Source: Bacteroidota bacterium (lineage in GTDB: Bacteria; Bacteroidota; Bacteroidia; Flavobacteriales; BACL11). Taken from it: 64,000 nucleotides of DNA. The DNA lies in contig JAYYZX010000019.1 in NCBI GenBank assembly GCA_036339955.1, positions 11,913 to 75,912 of the forward strand, given 5' to 3'. The position numbers were made by a program, and so were the translations under genes. Below, one piece after another: positions 29,508 to 39,329 of the stretch. Under the pieces are notes generated by a model. The model ran no database searches. It saw only the letters and a program-made list of their open reading frames with translations, and was not told where the DNA came from. Within the stretch, counting starts at the first letter, position 1; each line of letters opens with the position of its first letter.

Positions 29508-30119
29508 ATGAAAAATTATATTACAGAATTTATAGGAACTTTCTTTTTAGTACTTGCTATTGGTTTTAGTGGGGATCCTTTTATAATTGGGGTTATGCTT
29601 ATGGTTATGGTTTATATGGGGGGACACATATCTGGAGCTCATTATAATCCAGCAGTTAGTATTGCCATGATCATTCGAGGGATGCTCACAAAAGTAGAAG
29701 CAATAAGATATATTCTAGCTCAATTATTAGGAGCTTTTTTTGCAGTGATTTTTAACTATTGGGTGACTGGTAATATTATGGAGGTAAATCCAAGTGAGAT
29801 TGCACCACTATTACATGTCTTAGTTATTGAAATCCTTTTTACTTTTATTTTAGTCTTAGTTATTTTAAATGTCGCAACAAATTCGAAAACTGAAGGTAAT
29901 TCATATTATGGTATTGCGATAGGATCTACTGTTATGGTTGGAGCTTATATTGGAGGGCCTATATCAGGAGGGGCATATAATCCAGCTGTAGGCATTGGTC
30001 CAATATTTGTTGATATTATATTTGGGAATGGATTTTCACTTAGTAATATGATGTTATATTTTCTTGCTCCTATTATAGGAGGAGTGTTGGCTGCATTTTT
30101 ATATAGAAAGCTTAATTAA
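29508..30119 (+). CDS. MIP/aquaporin family channel
   Basis: 203 aa with two NPA boxes (SGAHYNPAV and SGGAYNPAV). Confidence 0.85.
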   Translation: MKNYITEFIGTFFLVLAIGFSGDPFIIGVMLMVMVYMGGHISGAHYNPAVSIAMIIRGMLTKVEAIRYILAQLLGAFFAVIFNYWVTGNIMEVNPSEIAPLLHVLVIEILFTFILVLVILNVATNSKTEGNSYYGIAIGSTVMVGAYIGGPISGGAYNPAVGIGPIFVDIIFGNGFSLSNMMLYFLAPIIGGVLAAFLYRKLN

Positions 30120-30128
30120 TATATTATA

Positions 30129-30821
30129 TTAAACATGAATTGTTGCTAAACCTATTGCAATAATAATAAACAATATTTTTGCTGATACCATTTTGTGATT
30201 ATCATAGCTTTCAAACAATATAGTTGTTGAGATATATAAGAAAACACCTATTACTATTGCTATTATTTCATTATGGAGGTCAGCTAATATTTGAAAAGTT
30301 TCAGCAGCATAAGCCCCTATAGGCGTCATAGCTCCAAATATTATAAGTAAAAGATATATTTTTCGAATTTTCATTCTGTTTTGTAAAAAAACAGTTAAAA
30401 GAACAATTGAAACAGGTATTTTATGAACTATGATGCCAAGTAATAATGATTGATTTGTTTCTAGGCTTAGATGTCCCCCTAACGGGATTCCTTCTAAAAG
30501 AGCATGAATACATAGGCTAACGATCATTGATATACTTAAAGTTTTATTATTTTGAGCATGCCCGTGCTCTACTCCTTCTGAGAAATATTCTAAAATAATT
30601 TGAATAACAAAACCTAGCAATATAAACATACCAATATTATGCTTTGGATGATGCTCAAAAAGCTCTGGAATGAGATGTAAACAAGTTATAGATAAAAGAT
30701 ATGCGCCACTAAATGTAAGCAGGAGACTAATATTTCGTTTATTATTTAATCGTAATGATTTTACAATAATTATAGCAATCAAAACAGGAGAAAACAATGC
30801 GGTATATGTAAATAAATTCAT
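30129..30821 (-). CDS. ZIP family metal (Zn/Fe) transporter
   Basis: 230 aa polytopic protein. HALLEGIPLG and HKIPVS motifs and a His-containing loop (EGVEHGHAQ) are typical of ZupT/ZIP. Confidence 0.7.
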   Translation of the reverse strand: MNLFTYTALFSPVLIAIIIVKSLRLNNKRNISLLLTFSGAYLLSITCLHLIPELFEHHPKHNIGMFILLGFVIQIILEYFSEGVEHGHAQNNKTLSISMIVSLCIHALLEGIPLGGHLSLETNQSLLLGIIVHKIPVSIVLLTVFLQNRMKIRKIYLLLIIFGAMTPIGAYAAETFQILADLHNEIIAIVIGVFLYISTTILFESYDNHKMVSAKILFIIIAIGLATIHV

Positions 30822-31540
30822 TTTCTTGCAATTATTATTAATCTTTCTGAATCAATTTCGTTAAACTGTTCAAGCTGGTAACTACCAAAAATATCAATTA
30901 TTTCTAGATTCTCATTTTTAAAAAAGAATAAAAAATCTTTTAAAGTTAAGGCCTCAACAGATTCTTTAAAATTTAATACTGTTTGTTCATCTATAATTTG
31001 TATTGATTTTTCAATACGATTACCTATAATATTACGTCTGATTTTAAATATGATATTATCAATATTTTTCTTTTCTTCTGAGATCATATTATCTTTAATT
31101 TTTGTAGCATTTAAAAAATCGATAATTAAAATACCATCATGTTTTAATGTTTCTGTCATTGCATGTATGCTCTTTTGATGTTCTATTGTGGAATTAAAGT
31201 AACCAAAAGAGGTAAATAAATTTACACATATATTGAATTTATTTTTTTTAAATATTTCTCGCATGTCATGGATATAGAATTTTAGATTCTCTTGTTCTCT
31301 TTTCTTGGCTGACAAGATATTTTCTTTTGAAAGATCAATACCGGTAACATCAAATCCAAGTTCATTGAAAAAAATGGAATGTCTTCCTTTACCACATCCA
31401 ATATCAATGATTTTAGCTTCTGAGTCTATTTTTAAATATTTTACTAAATTTTTAATAAATAATTCAGCTTCCTTTACATTTCTATTTTTATAGAGAATAT
31501 GATAGTAAGGGGAATTGAACCAATTAATAAACCAGGTCAT
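30818..31540 (-). CDS. Class I SAM-dependent methyltransferase
   Basis: 240 aa. Motif I IIDIGCGKGRHS and an acidic post-I residue (VTGIDLS). The stop overlaps the ZIP start by 4 nt. Confidence 0.75.
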   Translation of the reverse strand: MTWFINWFNSPYYHILYKNRNVKEAELFIKNLVKYLKIDSEAKIIDIGCGKGRHSIFFNELGFDVTGIDLSKENILSAKKREQENLKFYIHDMREIFKKNKFNICVNLFTSFGYFNSTIEHQKSIHAMTETLKHDGILIIDFLNATKIKDNMISEEKKNIDNIIFKIRRNIIGNRIEKSIQIIDEQTVLNFKESVEALTLKDFLFFFKNENLEIIDIFGSYQLEQFNEIDSERLIIIARK

Positions 31541-31611
31541 AATTATTTTTTAATTCAAAAGACAAGCCTTCGGTGACTGTTTTGAAACTTAAACAATATC
31601 CTCTAAAATTA

Positions 31612-32358
31612 TTAAAAGTCATTTCTCTGATGTATAGCTTGATATAAAATAACGCCAGCAGCTACAGAAACATTCAATGATTTAGTTTCACCTATCATGG
31701 GTATTCTAACTTCTTCATCACTCATCATTAGATACTCTTTAGCAACACCATCTTTTTCAGAACCTAGTATAATTGCACTAGGTTTAGTATAATTAGCTTT
31801 ATATATGTCATTTTCTGCTTTTTCAGTACAGGTAATTAATTGTATTCCGCTATTTTGTAAAAACTCTAAACTAAGTTTTAAATTCCATGTTCTACAAATC
31901 TTTATCTTATATAGAGCTCCTGCTGAAGTTTTCATTGCATCCGCATTTATTGCGGCGGCATTCTGCTCAGGAATTAAGATAGCATCCACTCCGGTACATT
32001 CTGCTGTTCTTGTAATAGCACCAAAATTTCTGACATCCGTTATTCTGTCTAAAACCAAAATCAGAGGAATTTTCCCTAATTCATATAACTCAGGAATCAA
32101 ATTTTCAATAGCATAGAAATCAATAGGGGATATAAAAGCAAATACTCCTTGATGGTTTTTTTTAGTTAAGCGATTAATTTTTCCAATCGGAACGTGTTTA
32201 TAATTGATACGTTTAAAACGCACCAGTTTCCAGAGTTCAGCAAATAAATCATTATGCAATCCTCTTTGTATAAAAAGTTTATCGATGGTTTTTCCAGAAT
32301 TAATAGCTTCAATTATTGGTCTAATACCAAAAATAAAATCGGATTCTTGCTTATTCAT
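31612..32358 (-). CDS. rlmB: 23S rRNA (guanosine-2'-O)-methyltransferase RlmB (SpoU/TrmH family)
   Basis: 248 aa. SpoU motifs LDRITDVRNFGAITRTA, ILGSEKDGV and IPMIGETKSLNVSVAAG. Confidence 0.8.
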   Translation of the reverse strand: MNKQESDFIFGIRPIIEAINSGKTIDKLFIQRGLHNDLFAELWKLVRFKRINYKHVPIGKINRLTKKNHQGVFAFISPIDFYAIENLIPELYELGKIPLILVLDRITDVRNFGAITRTAECTGVDAILIPEQNAAAINADAMKTSAGALYKIKICRTWNLKLSLEFLQNSGIQLITCTEKAENDIYKANYTKPSAIILGSEKDGVAKEYLMMSDEEVRIPMIGETKSLNVSVAAGVILYQAIHQRNDF

Positions 32359-33475
32359 CTAATTGTGGTCTGTCTATAATCTCTGCATCAAAATTAATTT
32401 TATCAGGTTTATTAGAAATTTTGAGTATATCCTTATTTATTTTTTTAAATTCCTGTGAAGAATGATTATAATGATTAACAACCGTACTGATCGTGTTACC
32501 TAATTTTTGATGATATGTTTGATAAGAATTTAGGTGATTAGATAATTTTTGCACATTTGTTAAAATATCTTGTATAGATTTTTCAACTTTTAGGTTATGC
32601 AGGGCTTTTACTGTGATTTGTAACATTGGGAAAAGACTCATAGGAGAAACAATCATTACTTTTTTTGTGTATGCATATGACACTAAATCTTGTGAATTTA
32701 TCTGAAGAGATCCTACCCTACTATTTAACAAATCCTGATATAACCCATCTGCTGGAATAAACATGTATGAATAATCTGTTGTCTTTTCTTCGGGCCTAAT
32801 GTATTTTGATGTTTCATCTATTCGTTTTTTGATATCATCTTTAAATTTTTTCTCAAGAGTATTGATTGCTTGTTTATCCTCATTTTCAATTAAGCTATTA
32901 TAATTATCTAGTGAGAATTTTGCATCAACAGGTATAATAAGCTCGCCTACCTTGACAATTGCATCAACTGTCTCACCATTTTTAAAGTTATATTGCATTT
33001 GGAATAACGAAGGGGGAAGAACATTGGAAAGCAGATTTTCCAACTGTATTTCTCCAAAAATACCTCTCTGTTTTTGATTGCCTAATATTTTTTCTAAAGT
33101 TTTCATTTGGTTTGCAAAAGAGAGAACTTGTTTATTTGTTCCTTTTATTTTTTCTAACTCTTGTGTGACCTCTGTGATAATTTTATTAGAATTTGAGAAT
33201 TGTTTTTGTATATCTTCTTTTGAAGATTTATGAAAGAGATTAATTTCTTTGTTAATATCTTGTAACTTAACATCAATTTCTGTTCTACCTTTTTCAGCAT
33301 TTTTTGAAACTTCTTTACGTATATTTTGAATTTCTGTTCTTAGAGACTCATTTAATTTAATTAATAAGTCTTGCTCGTTATTAGTTCCTTTTTTATTGTA
33401 TAGTAAGAAGATTCCAACACAAACTACACTCGTTAAAATCAATAAGATTATTGTAATAGTTGTATTTATCACCAT
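32351..33475 (-). CDS. rmuC: DNA recombination protein RmuC
   Basis: 374 aa. N-terminal TM, long coiled coil, and a C-terminal RmuC nuclease-like region (VDAKFSLDNY..., MFIPADGLY). Confidence 0.75.
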   Translation of the reverse strand: MVINTTITIILLILTSVVCVGIFLLYNKKGTNNEQDLLIKLNESLRTEIQNIRKEVSKNAEKGRTEIDVKLQDINKEINLFHKSSKEDIQKQFSNSNKIITEVTQELEKIKGTNKQVLSFANQMKTLEKILGNQKQRGIFGEIQLENLLSNVLPPSLFQMQYNFKNGETVDAIVKVGELIIPVDAKFSLDNYNSLIENEDKQAINTLEKKFKDDIKKRIDETSKYIRPEEKTTDYSYMFIPADGLYQDLLNSRVGSLQINSQDLVSYAYTKKVMIVSPMSLFPMLQITVKALHNLKVEKSIQDILTNVQKLSNHLNSYQTYHQKLGNTISTVVNHYNHSSQEFKKINKDILKISNKPDKINFDAEIIDRPQLDE

Positions 33476-33488
33476 AAATAATATTGGT

Positions 33489-34142
33489 TTATAAAATTAG
33501 AACCAAAGTACCTATTTTTATTTTATCATACAATTCAATAATATCTTTATTTGTCATCCTAATGCATCCGTGAGAAGCGGGACTCCCTATTAAGCCCTCT
33601 TCGGATGTACCATGTATATAAATATATCTTTCGTATGAATCAATATTAGATCCCTTATTGACTCCTTTTTCTAGGCCTTCTAACCACATAATTCTAGTTG
33701 TAATATCATCAGTTTCTGATTTTGTAGTGTCAGAGAATATAGCAGCAATATCTCCATAGAATTTACGGCCTATAAATTTTCCATAAATAGGAACTTTTTC
33801 TCCAATTTTATTTCTAATCAAGTGTAGCCCAATAGGAGTTTTATTACTGTTCTCTTGATTTCCAATACCATATTTTGATGATGAAACATTATATATTTTA
33901 ACAAGTTCTTTTTTATAGATGTTATATAATTTTTGATCTTTTATTGAAATAAACAAGAAGCTCTCAGATTGAGTTATATTTCTGTTTTCTAAATATTTTG
34001 CACTCATTTCCTGCACTTTATTTTGAGCATAAGTTGTTGTTAATACTAGTGTGCAAATAATAATGGATACTATATTTCCCAAGTTATTTCTTTTTTTCCT
34101 TTTGATCTTAAAAAGGCATTTGTTTTTGAAAAATGTTGGCAT
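33489..34142 (-). CDS. L,D-transpeptidase (YkuD) domain protein
   Basis: C-terminal IYIHGTSEEGLIGSPASHGCIRM catalytic motif. The start is uncertain. ATG 34142 overlaps ung by 73 nt. A TTG at 34082 just before the signal-like segment IVSIIICTLVLTTTYAQ is an alternative. Confidence 0.75.
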   Translation of the reverse strand: MPTFFKNKCLFKIKRKKRNNLGNIVSIIICTLVLTTTYAQNKVQEMSAKYLENRNITQSESFLFISIKDQKLYNIYKKELVKIYNVSSSKYGIGNQENSNKTPIGLHLIRNKIGEKVPIYGKFIGRKFYGDIAAIFSDTTKSETDDITTRIMWLEGLEKGVNKGSNIDSYERYIYIHGTSEEGLIGSPASHGCIRMTNKDIIELYDKIKIGTLVLIL

Positions 34143-34747
34143 CCAAAGAATCCACTATGTGCGGAAAATGGGGATGGATGTGGAGCAGTAAGAACATGAT
34201 GTTTGTTTTGATTAATTAAATTTAATTTATCTTGAGCAAATCTTCCCCAAAGTATAAATACAAGTTCTTCTTTTTTTTCAGATAACTCCCTAATTATTCT
34301 ATTAGTAAATTGTTCCCATCCTTTGTTTTGATGAGAACCAGCTTGTTTTGCACGTACAGTTAAAGTTGCATTTAATAATAGGACACCCTCTTTTGCCCAA
34401 CTTATTAGATTTCCTGTTTTTGGATTTTGAATACTAACATCTGCCACTACTTCTTTAAAGATATTTCTAAGAGAAGGAGGTGGAACAACGCCATCTGATA
34501 CAGAAAAAGAGAGCCCATGAGCTTGTTTTTCTCCATGATATGGGTCTTGCCCGATAATGACTACCTTAACTTTATTAAATGGAGTATACTTGAAAGCATT
34601 AAAAATATCTGTTCCTTTTGGATATACCCTGTATTTAAGCCTTTCTTCTATAAGGAAAGATTTCAGATTTAAAAAATAAGATTTTTGAAATTCATCTTTT
34701 ATAACTTTTTCCCAACTTTCTTCTATTTTAGGCTTAATTTTAAGCAT
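34070..34747 (-). CDS. ung: Uracil-DNA glycosylase
   Basis: 225 aa. GQDPYHG and HPSPFSA motifs. Confidence 0.9.
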   Translation of the reverse strand: MLKIKPKIEESWEKVIKDEFQKSYFLNLKSFLIEERLKYRVYPKGTDIFNAFKYTPFNKVKVVIIGQDPYHGEKQAHGLSFSVSDGVVPPPSLRNIFKEVVADVSIQNPKTGNLISWAKEGVLLLNATLTVRAKQAGSHQNKGWEQFTNRIIRELSEKKEELVFILWGRFAQDKLNLINQNKHHVLTAPHPSPFSAHSGFFGCQHFSKTNAFLRSKGKKEITWEI

Positions 34748-34770
34748 GAAATTATTAATAATAGGTTGTT

Positions 34771-34778
34771 CAAATATA
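34771..34778 (-). promoter_or_regulatory. -7 promoter box TAnnTTTG upstream of ung
   Basis: The minus strand reads tatatttg, 23 nt upstream of ATG 34747. Confidence 0.4.
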
Positions 34779-34824
34779 AATAAACTATATTATTAATTCG
34801 TACAGATAATACACGATAAATACA

Positions 34825-34832
34825 TATTTTTG
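34825..34832 (+). promoter_or_regulatory. -7 promoter box TAnnTTTG upstream of the small lipoprotein ORF and lipA
   Basis: tatttttg, 14 nt upstream of ATG 34847. Confidence 0.45.
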
Positions 34833-34846
34833 TAAAAAATCAAAGT

Positions 34847-34972
34847 ATGAAAAAGTTGTTCTTGTATATTTTAATTATTAGTGCAACATCTCTTTTGGCT
34901 GCTTGTGGAGTTTATGGAGAGCAATGTGAAGGTGTGGCATCTCATTCAGATAAAATCTCCAAAGGAGTTTAA
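34847..34972 (+). CDS. Small putative lipoprotein, 41 aa (below the ORF-track cutoff)
   Basis: My translation is MKKLFLYILIISATSLLAACGVYGEQCEGVASHSDKISKGV*. It has a basic n-region, a hydrophobic core and a lipobox LAAC. A promoter box lies 14 nt upstream. The stop is 6 nt before the lipA TTG start. Confidence 0.55.
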   Translation: MKKLFLYILIISATSLLAACGVYGEQCEGVASHSDKISKGV

Positions 34973-34978
34973 TTCTTT

Positions 34979-35833
34979 TTGTCTCAGATTAAATCAAATA
35001 GAAAGCCTAAATGGCTAAAGGTAAAGTTACCTACAGGAGAAGCATATAAAAAAATACGTAGTGTTACAAAATCTCGTTCACTACATACTATTTGTGAGAG
35101 TGGCAATTGCCCTAATATGGGTGAGTGCTGGGGAGCAGGCACAGCTACCTTTATGATCTTGGGTAATATATGCACACGTTCTTGTGGTTTCTGCAATGTA
35201 AAAACCGGAAGGCCTCTTCCAGTAGATATATTAGAACCAGAAAAAGTTGCGCAATCAATTAAATTAATGGGGATAAAACATGCAGTAATTACATCTGTAG
35301 ATCGAGATGAGCTAAAAGATGGAGGCTCTTCTATCTGGGCAGAAACCATTAAAGCAGTTAGAAAAATAAATCCAGAAACAACTATGGAGACTCTTATTCC
35401 TGATTTTAAAGGAAAAGAAGAAGATATACAAAGGATTATAGATGTTGCTCCTGAGGTTGTTTCTCACAATATGGAAACAGTTCGTCGTCTTACTAAAAAA
35501 GTTAGAATTCAAGCTCAATATGATCGAAGTTTAAAAACACTTAAGATCTTAAAGCAAGGAGGCATGCGTACCAAGTCAGGTATTATGTTAGGCCTTGGAG
35601 AAAAAGAGCAAGAGGTAATAGAAACAATGGAAGATTTACGTTCAGTTGGAGTTTCTATTTTTACTATGGGACAATATTTACAGCCTTCAAGCAAGCATCT
35701 TGAAGTGATTAGTTTTATTCATCCTGATCAATTTAAAGCATTAAAAGAAAAAGCTTTTTCTTTTGGTTTTTCTCATGTTGAGAGCGGGCCATTGGTACGT
35801 TCTTCCTATCATGCAGAAAGACATCTAAGTTGA
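34979..35833 (+). CDS. lipA: Lipoyl synthase
   Basis: 284 aa. [12 protein letters not shown] and the radical-SAM motif [10 protein letters not shown]. The only in-frame start before the conserved KPKWL is TTG 34979. Confidence 0.9.
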   Translation: MSQIKSNRKPKWLKVKLPTGEAYKKIRSVTKSRSLHTICESGNCPNMGECWGAGTATFMILGNICTRSCGFCNVKTGRPLPVDILEPEKVAQSIKLMGIKHAVITSVDRDELKDGGSSIWAETIKAVRKINPETTMETLIPDFKGKEEDIQRIIDVAPEVVSHNMETVRRLTKKVRIQAQYDRSLKTLKILKQGGMRTKSGIMLGLGEKEQEVIETMEDLRSVGVSIFTMGQYLQPSSKHLEVISFIHPDQFKALKEKAFSFGFSHVESGPLVRSSYHAERHLS

Positions 35834-35881
35834 CTGATATGTTTTGTTTTGTATTTTCAATCAAATTATCAGAAATATAAT

Positions 35882-35889
35882 TATATTTG
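35882..35889 (+). promoter_or_regulatory. -7 promoter box TAnnTTTG upstream of the M43 protease gene
   Basis: tatatttg, 35 nt upstream of ATG 35925. Confidence 0.4.
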
Positions 35890-35924
35890 TTTCCTTGAAA
35901 ATTATAAAATATAGTTAGTAGATT

Positions 35925-38900
35925 ATGAAGAAACACATCTTATCATTTTTCATCTTACTTTTTGCTTTTAGTATTTCTTTTGGGCAAGGTCAAGAAGTGT
36001 GTGGTTCATATCAAGGGTATTTAGATGATGACAAGAAAAAGTATCCAGAGTTTTATAATAATTTACATGAGAAAGAATTAAAGTTACAGAAAGAGTACAC
36101 AAAAGCATTAGAGAGCATTTCTACAGCCAATACCAGTTCATTATATGAGCGAAAATCTACAAAGAATTCTATTCAGGCTAAATCTGATGTAATAACAGGT
36201 TCTTGTATATCACCTATTAATCCTATTACAGATGGTATTACACCAAATCAAGCCACATTACATTGGGAATCTTCTTCCACTCCTTCTTATGGCTATAGAG
36301 TAGTTTATAGAAAAATAGGTGAGTGGTATGGCTCGTATCCTTGGATGACTGATACTATAAAGTTTAAAAAAGATGGGCAAGGAAATCTAGTAGAAGAAGA
36401 TTCTTTAGTTATTACAAGGTTAACTCCAGACCACACATATGAGTGGCAAGTACGTTCTATGTGTGATTCAATTTGGGAATGGGTGATTTTTACAGACAGT
36501 ATGGCAATTGAATGGCAAGATCCTATTAATGGATATATTACCTATTATTCAGAAGATACTTCTGGGGCTTTTGTACTTACAGGATCTTACCAAATAGTGG
36601 TTGACACTCTATCTTCAGATACTTCTATTGTAACAATTATGGATACTATTGGTCTAACTAATCTTGCAGATTTTATAAGTACGGATCCATTCTTAAGCAC
36701 CTTAAAGAACCCTCCAGGCACGACTTTTCTTGGTATTGATGAGTCTGCATGGACCTCTATAAGATCATTTAAAACAGATAAAAGAACTATTCCTGTTGTT
36801 GTACATATTATTCATGATTTAGGGCAAGAGAATGTTTCTGATGAAGAAGTATATATGGCCATTGAAACATTAAATAAAAATATTAATGGGCAAGGATATA
36901 ATTTTGAGGCAAGAACCCCACCAGTTTTTGCTGCTTTAAGGGGTGTTGCAGGGGTTGAATTTAAACTAGCTCAAAAAGATCCTGAAGGGAATCCAACAAC
37001 AGGAATATTACGTGTTCAATCCCCATTAACTTTTGAGCCTGTTCCTGGAAATAGCGTAAAAACTTTAAGTTATTGGAATAGTTATGAATATTATAATATT
37101 TGGGTATTAAGAAAGTTTGCACCTCAGGATGACGGAAATACATTATTAGGTTATGCTCAGTTTCCTGGCCAAAATATGTTAACAGATGGAGTTGTTTTAA
37201 TCTACAGTGAATTTAACGACCCAACTTCTGCAACATTAACACATGAGACAGGTCATTGGCTAGGCCTTTGCCATCCTTGGGATTGTGGTTCCGGAACATG
37301 TGGTGATGATAATATTTTTGACACACCTCCGGCAAGACAAGCAAATTTTGGAGTATCATTTAATGATTTCCCTTATCATGTAGGTCTACAAAATCAAGGT
37401 TGTATTGCAGATTCTATGAACTGGGCAGGAGAGATGTTTATGAATTATATGGATTATACACCAGATCAATACACTACAATGTTTTCTAAAGATCAAGTCT
37501 CAAAAATGCATGAAATACTTGATGGGGCAGATGCGAACATTAACATAGGATATCGAGAATATCTTTGGTCTCCTAAAAATATAGTTAGTGCAGGGATTGA
37601 GAATAGTTCAGGTGTTCAAAGCGCATCTGCAGATATTTTAACTTGGTGTAAAAGAAATGTAGATTTTAAAGAAAGACGAGGGGACTTCTCTATATGTGAA
37701 GGGGAGGAGAATTGGCTTGAATCAAATAAAAGTATTTTTGGGAACACCATCGATTCTTGTTCTTGGACTTTAGGAGGGAATACTACTATTTCAGGAGGGA
37801 GTCTTGATGATCCTGGTTTTTTACTTTTTGAATATGATTCTGTAGGTTCATATGACGTTTCTATATTTATAAGATATAACGAGGAACTAACTAGAGAGTC
37901 AAATAATTTAAGAGGCTTTTTCCCTGATAGTGTTGATGGAGTGTATCTTAATATTGATGATTCTATAATTTCCTTGATGGAATCTGATATAATTACACAA
38001 GGATCATTAAGTAATTCTTATCTTACTAATTTGTTTGATTCTTTAGCTTCTCTTGGATTGATTGATGCACTTGATTCTTCTATTATCCCAACATCTATTA
38101 GTATGAATATTGATCAGAATATAGCCCAATCTCATAGTGCATTTACTACAGAGACATTCTCTACTATTGGAGCTACACCAACAGATACGTTTAGTATTGA
38201 TAATCTTGGAATATATTGGGGCATTAATGGTATGACATATCATCGAGGATTAGTTAACGACACAAATTATATAGCTTACTATAATGGGGTTTGCACTTCT
38301 TATAAAGAAGAAAAAGATTTCATTATTGTATATCCAGGAACTGTAGGAGACACATTAGAAAGTAAAATATATACTTTTGATGATGCAGCAAATTTTAGCA
38401 AACATGGAGATCCTAATACTACAAATAGCATAAAAGATTGGATTGGGTACAGCAATAATGATATGGATTCATTAGAGTTGTATTGGTCTATTACAGGTGA
38501 AGGAGGAACTACTATTGATCATAATTCAAAGACTTGGGAATGGGTTACTTGGACAAGCAGTGATATATCTCAGTCTAGTTTAATGATGAATGGTTATAAT
38601 AATATAAGCTTGGGGACAGACGAGCTAATTTCTAAATCATATAATCTAAGTGCTCTTGATACGCCAGCTATTAGATTTAATTGGGCTGGAGCTCATTTTG
38701 ACGAGTTCCCAGTTAATGAATTAAATATTTATTATTCTGATAACTGTGGTGAAGATTGGAAAAACGTAAAAGATCTTTCTAATTTAAATCCTAATCCTTT
38801 CGAAATTTCGCCAGCAGATTTAGCAAGTAGTGGCTATATTCCTAACACTTTCTTCCCTAGTGTAGATGATTGGGAAGAGATATTAATTGTTGACACTATA

Positions 38901-39317
38901 GGTCTAAATAGTTTAAAAAAGGATAATATTCGTTTTAAATTTGAATATATCACTAATTCATCTTATACAAATCGTTTTTACATTGATAATATTGAAATTG
39001 GAGAGAAAGCAGATTTATTAGCTGTTAATCAAAATCAAGACAAAATGAGTGCACGATTATCTACGTATCCAAATCCTTATGATCCAGATTTTGGGTTAAA
39101 TGTGAGACTAGATAATCTAAAGGATCAAAAAGTTAAAGTTCAATTAATTAACATCTTAGGTAAAGAAATAGGATTACTTTATAGTGGCACAGTATTATCA
39201 GATTCATATGTAATTGATAAAATAAATTTAAATGAATTCCCAAGGGGAATATATTTTATTACTATAATTACAGATAGCAAAACTATTTTAACAGATAAAC
39301 TTATTTTAAATAAGTAA
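35925..39317 (+). CDS. Secreted zinc metalloprotease, M43 (pappalysin/cytophagalysin-like), multi-domain, with T9SS C-terminal sorting domain
   Basis: 1130 aa. Signal peptide, an FN3-like segment (ATLHWESSSTPSYGYRVVYRK), the extended zinc motif HETGHWLGLCHPWD (HExxHxxGxxH), about 550 aa of unassigned sequence, and a C-terminal ...LSTYPNPYDP...GIYFITIITD... tail typical of T9SS CTDs. Confidence 0.8.
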   Translation: MKKHILSFFILLFAFSISFGQGQEVCGSYQGYLDDDKKKYPEFYNNLHEKELKLQKEYTKALESISTANTSSLYERKSTKNSIQAKSDVITGSCISPINPITDGITPNQATLHWESSSTPSYGYRVVYRKIGEWYGSYPWMTDTIKFKKDGQGNLVEEDSLVITRLTPDHTYEWQVRSMCDSIWEWVIFTDSMAIEWQDPINGYITYYSEDTSGAFVLTGSYQIVVDTLSSDTSIVTIMDTIGLTNLADFISTDPFLSTLKNPPGTTFLGIDESAWTSIRSFKTDKRTIPVVVHIIHDLGQENVSDEEVYMAIETLNKNINGQGYNFEARTPPVFAALRGVAGVEFKLAQKDPEGNPTTGILRVQSPLTFEPVPGNSVKTLSYWNSYEYYNIWVLRKFAPQDDGNTLLGYAQFPGQNMLTDGVVLIYSEFNDPTSATLTHETGHWLGLCHPWDCGSGTCGDDNIFDTPPARQANFGVSFNDFPYHVGLQNQGCIADSMNWAGEMFMNYMDYTPDQYTTMFSKDQVSKMHEILDGADANINIGYREYLWSPKNIVSAGIENSSGVQSASADILTWCKRNVDFKERRGDFSICEGEENWLESNKSIFGNTIDSCSWTLGGNTTISGGSLDDPGFLLFEYDSVGSYDVSIFIRYNEELTRESNNLRGFFPDSVDGVYLNIDDSIISLMESDIITQGSLSNSYLTNLFDSLASLGLIDALDSSIIPTSISMNIDQNIAQSHSAFTTETFSTIGATPTDTFSIDNLGIYWGINGMTYHRGLVNDTNYIAYYNGVCTSYKEEKDFIIVYPGTVGDTLESKIYTFDDAANFSKHGDPNTTNSIKDWIGYSNNDMDSLELYWSITGEGGTTIDHNSKTWEWVTWTSSDISQSSLMMNGYNNISLGTDELISKSYNLSALDTPAIRFNWAGAHFDEFPVNELNIYYSDNCGEDWKNVKDLSNLNPNPFEISPADLASSGYIPNTFFPSVDDWEEILIVDTIGLNSLKKDNIRFKFEYITNSSYTNRFYIDNIEIGEKADLLAVNQNQDKMSARLSTYPNPYDPDFGLNVRLDNLKDQKVKVQLINILGKEIGLLYSGTVLSDSYVIDKINLNEFPRGIYFITIITDSKTILTDKLILNK

Positions 39318-39329
39318 GAGAATTTGTAT

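Noticed and set aside
31556-31584. Hairpin-like sequence caaaagacaagccttcggtgactgttttg between rlmB and the methyltransferase gene
   Set aside because: Only 5 A-T outer pairs and a 3-bp inner helix pair up, with internal mismatches between them. No U-tract follows on the relevant (minus) strand. It is not a convincing terminator.
32351-33475. RmuC as a possible defence or anti-phage nuclease locus
   Set aside because: It is a single gene flanked by housekeeping genes (L,D-transpeptidase, ung, rlmB) with overlapping junctions. No partner genes, methylases, ATPases or mobile-element hallmarks are nearby.
34984-35349. 121-aa ORF antisense to lipA, with similar antisense ORFs at 42923-43321 (pnp), 55656-56024 (aroB), 31805-32116 (rlmB) and 49872-50144 (Tyr-rich lipoprotein gene)
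   Set aside because: All are opposite genes with strong catalytic motifs or clear operon context, and no supporting signals were found. The 49872-50144 ORF simply reflects the repetitive TAT/TAC/AAT codon content read in reverse.
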